From positions 76,136,001-76,200,000 of the forward strand of contig OX597814.1 of the NCBI GenBank assembly GCA_951406725.2: 64,000 nt of DNA. Reading direction: 5' to 3'. Below the pieces are notes generated by a model, which was not told the DNA's origin, made no database searches, and saw only the letters and a list, made by a program, of their open reading frames with translations. Position 1 is the first letter of the stretch. Every line of letters begins with the position of its first letter. Made by a program: the position numbers and the translations under genes. This stretch comes from Octopus vulgaris. Its lineage: Eukaryota. Shown piece after piece: positions 63,490-64,000 of this stretch.

Positions 63490-64000
63490 CTAAAGAAATG
63501 TAACCTTTGTGCATGTGCATCAAGGGTCATGAAAGTGTTTGGGCCAGTTTATAGCAAAAGAGGAATCTATGTATTTATGGAAACCTTCATATACATCTAA
63601 ACATTGCTGTTTTGCATTGATTACATAAGTATCACTGTGCAGCACTCAAAAAAGTACGAGAGATCTGTGGCCATTTTTATATGCAAAATGACATGGGAAA
63701 TCAATTTCTGGCCTTCTTTTTGTTGAATTAGGCATGGTTTCTACAGAATTGTCACTGTATACCCTTTTTGTCATTATTATTAAATAAAATTCTCTATTAC
63801 ATTGTAAAATGGTTTTCAACCCAGGCCAATCTTAGTAACACCTACAATGTGATTCGAAGCTTGTGTTTAATGTTATTTTTTATCTTTCAGATCTTATTTG
63901 TTTTCAACAAGGAGTGCAAAAATGATCCAGATTCTATTATATCTGTGGGGAATTGACTTTTGCAAAAGAAAGTGTAGTGCTCAATGCCATATCAAGAAAA

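Overview
Eukaryotic, AT-rich, microsatellite-dense, non-coding DNA. The SINE families and the TA/CA/TAA/GAA/GATA repeat load best fit a coleoid cephalopod such as Octopus (inference). No intact protein gene, rRNA, true tRNA or CRISPR array is supported. The window is a mosaic of decayed mobile elements: R4/Dong-type RLE LINEs stacked at (TAA)n/(GAA)n tracts, RTE and RTE-BovB LINEs, a CR1 LINE, three Penelope-like element (PLE) lineages, Tc1/mariner/maT/Tigger relics, Helitrons, Gypsy relics, MITEs and three tRNA-SINE families. The most notable signal is RNA structure. Several apparently unrelated families carry minimal hammerhead-ribozyme (HHR) motifs (238-298, 11131-11176, 42638-42674, 47316-47358), mostly inside inverted, non-coding PLE-like units. 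One TSD-flanked PLE couples a tRNA-like Pol III head to its HHR, and two further families share a covarying, pseudoknot-like HHR-derived fold. Other highlights are a SINE/CR1 shared 3' hairpin with compensatory changes, an RTE-BovB ORF2 with 2-3 C-terminal C2H2 fingers, and locally templated insertions. A few candidate host exons are listed at low confidence. All calls are by eye and coordinates of decayed elements are approximate.
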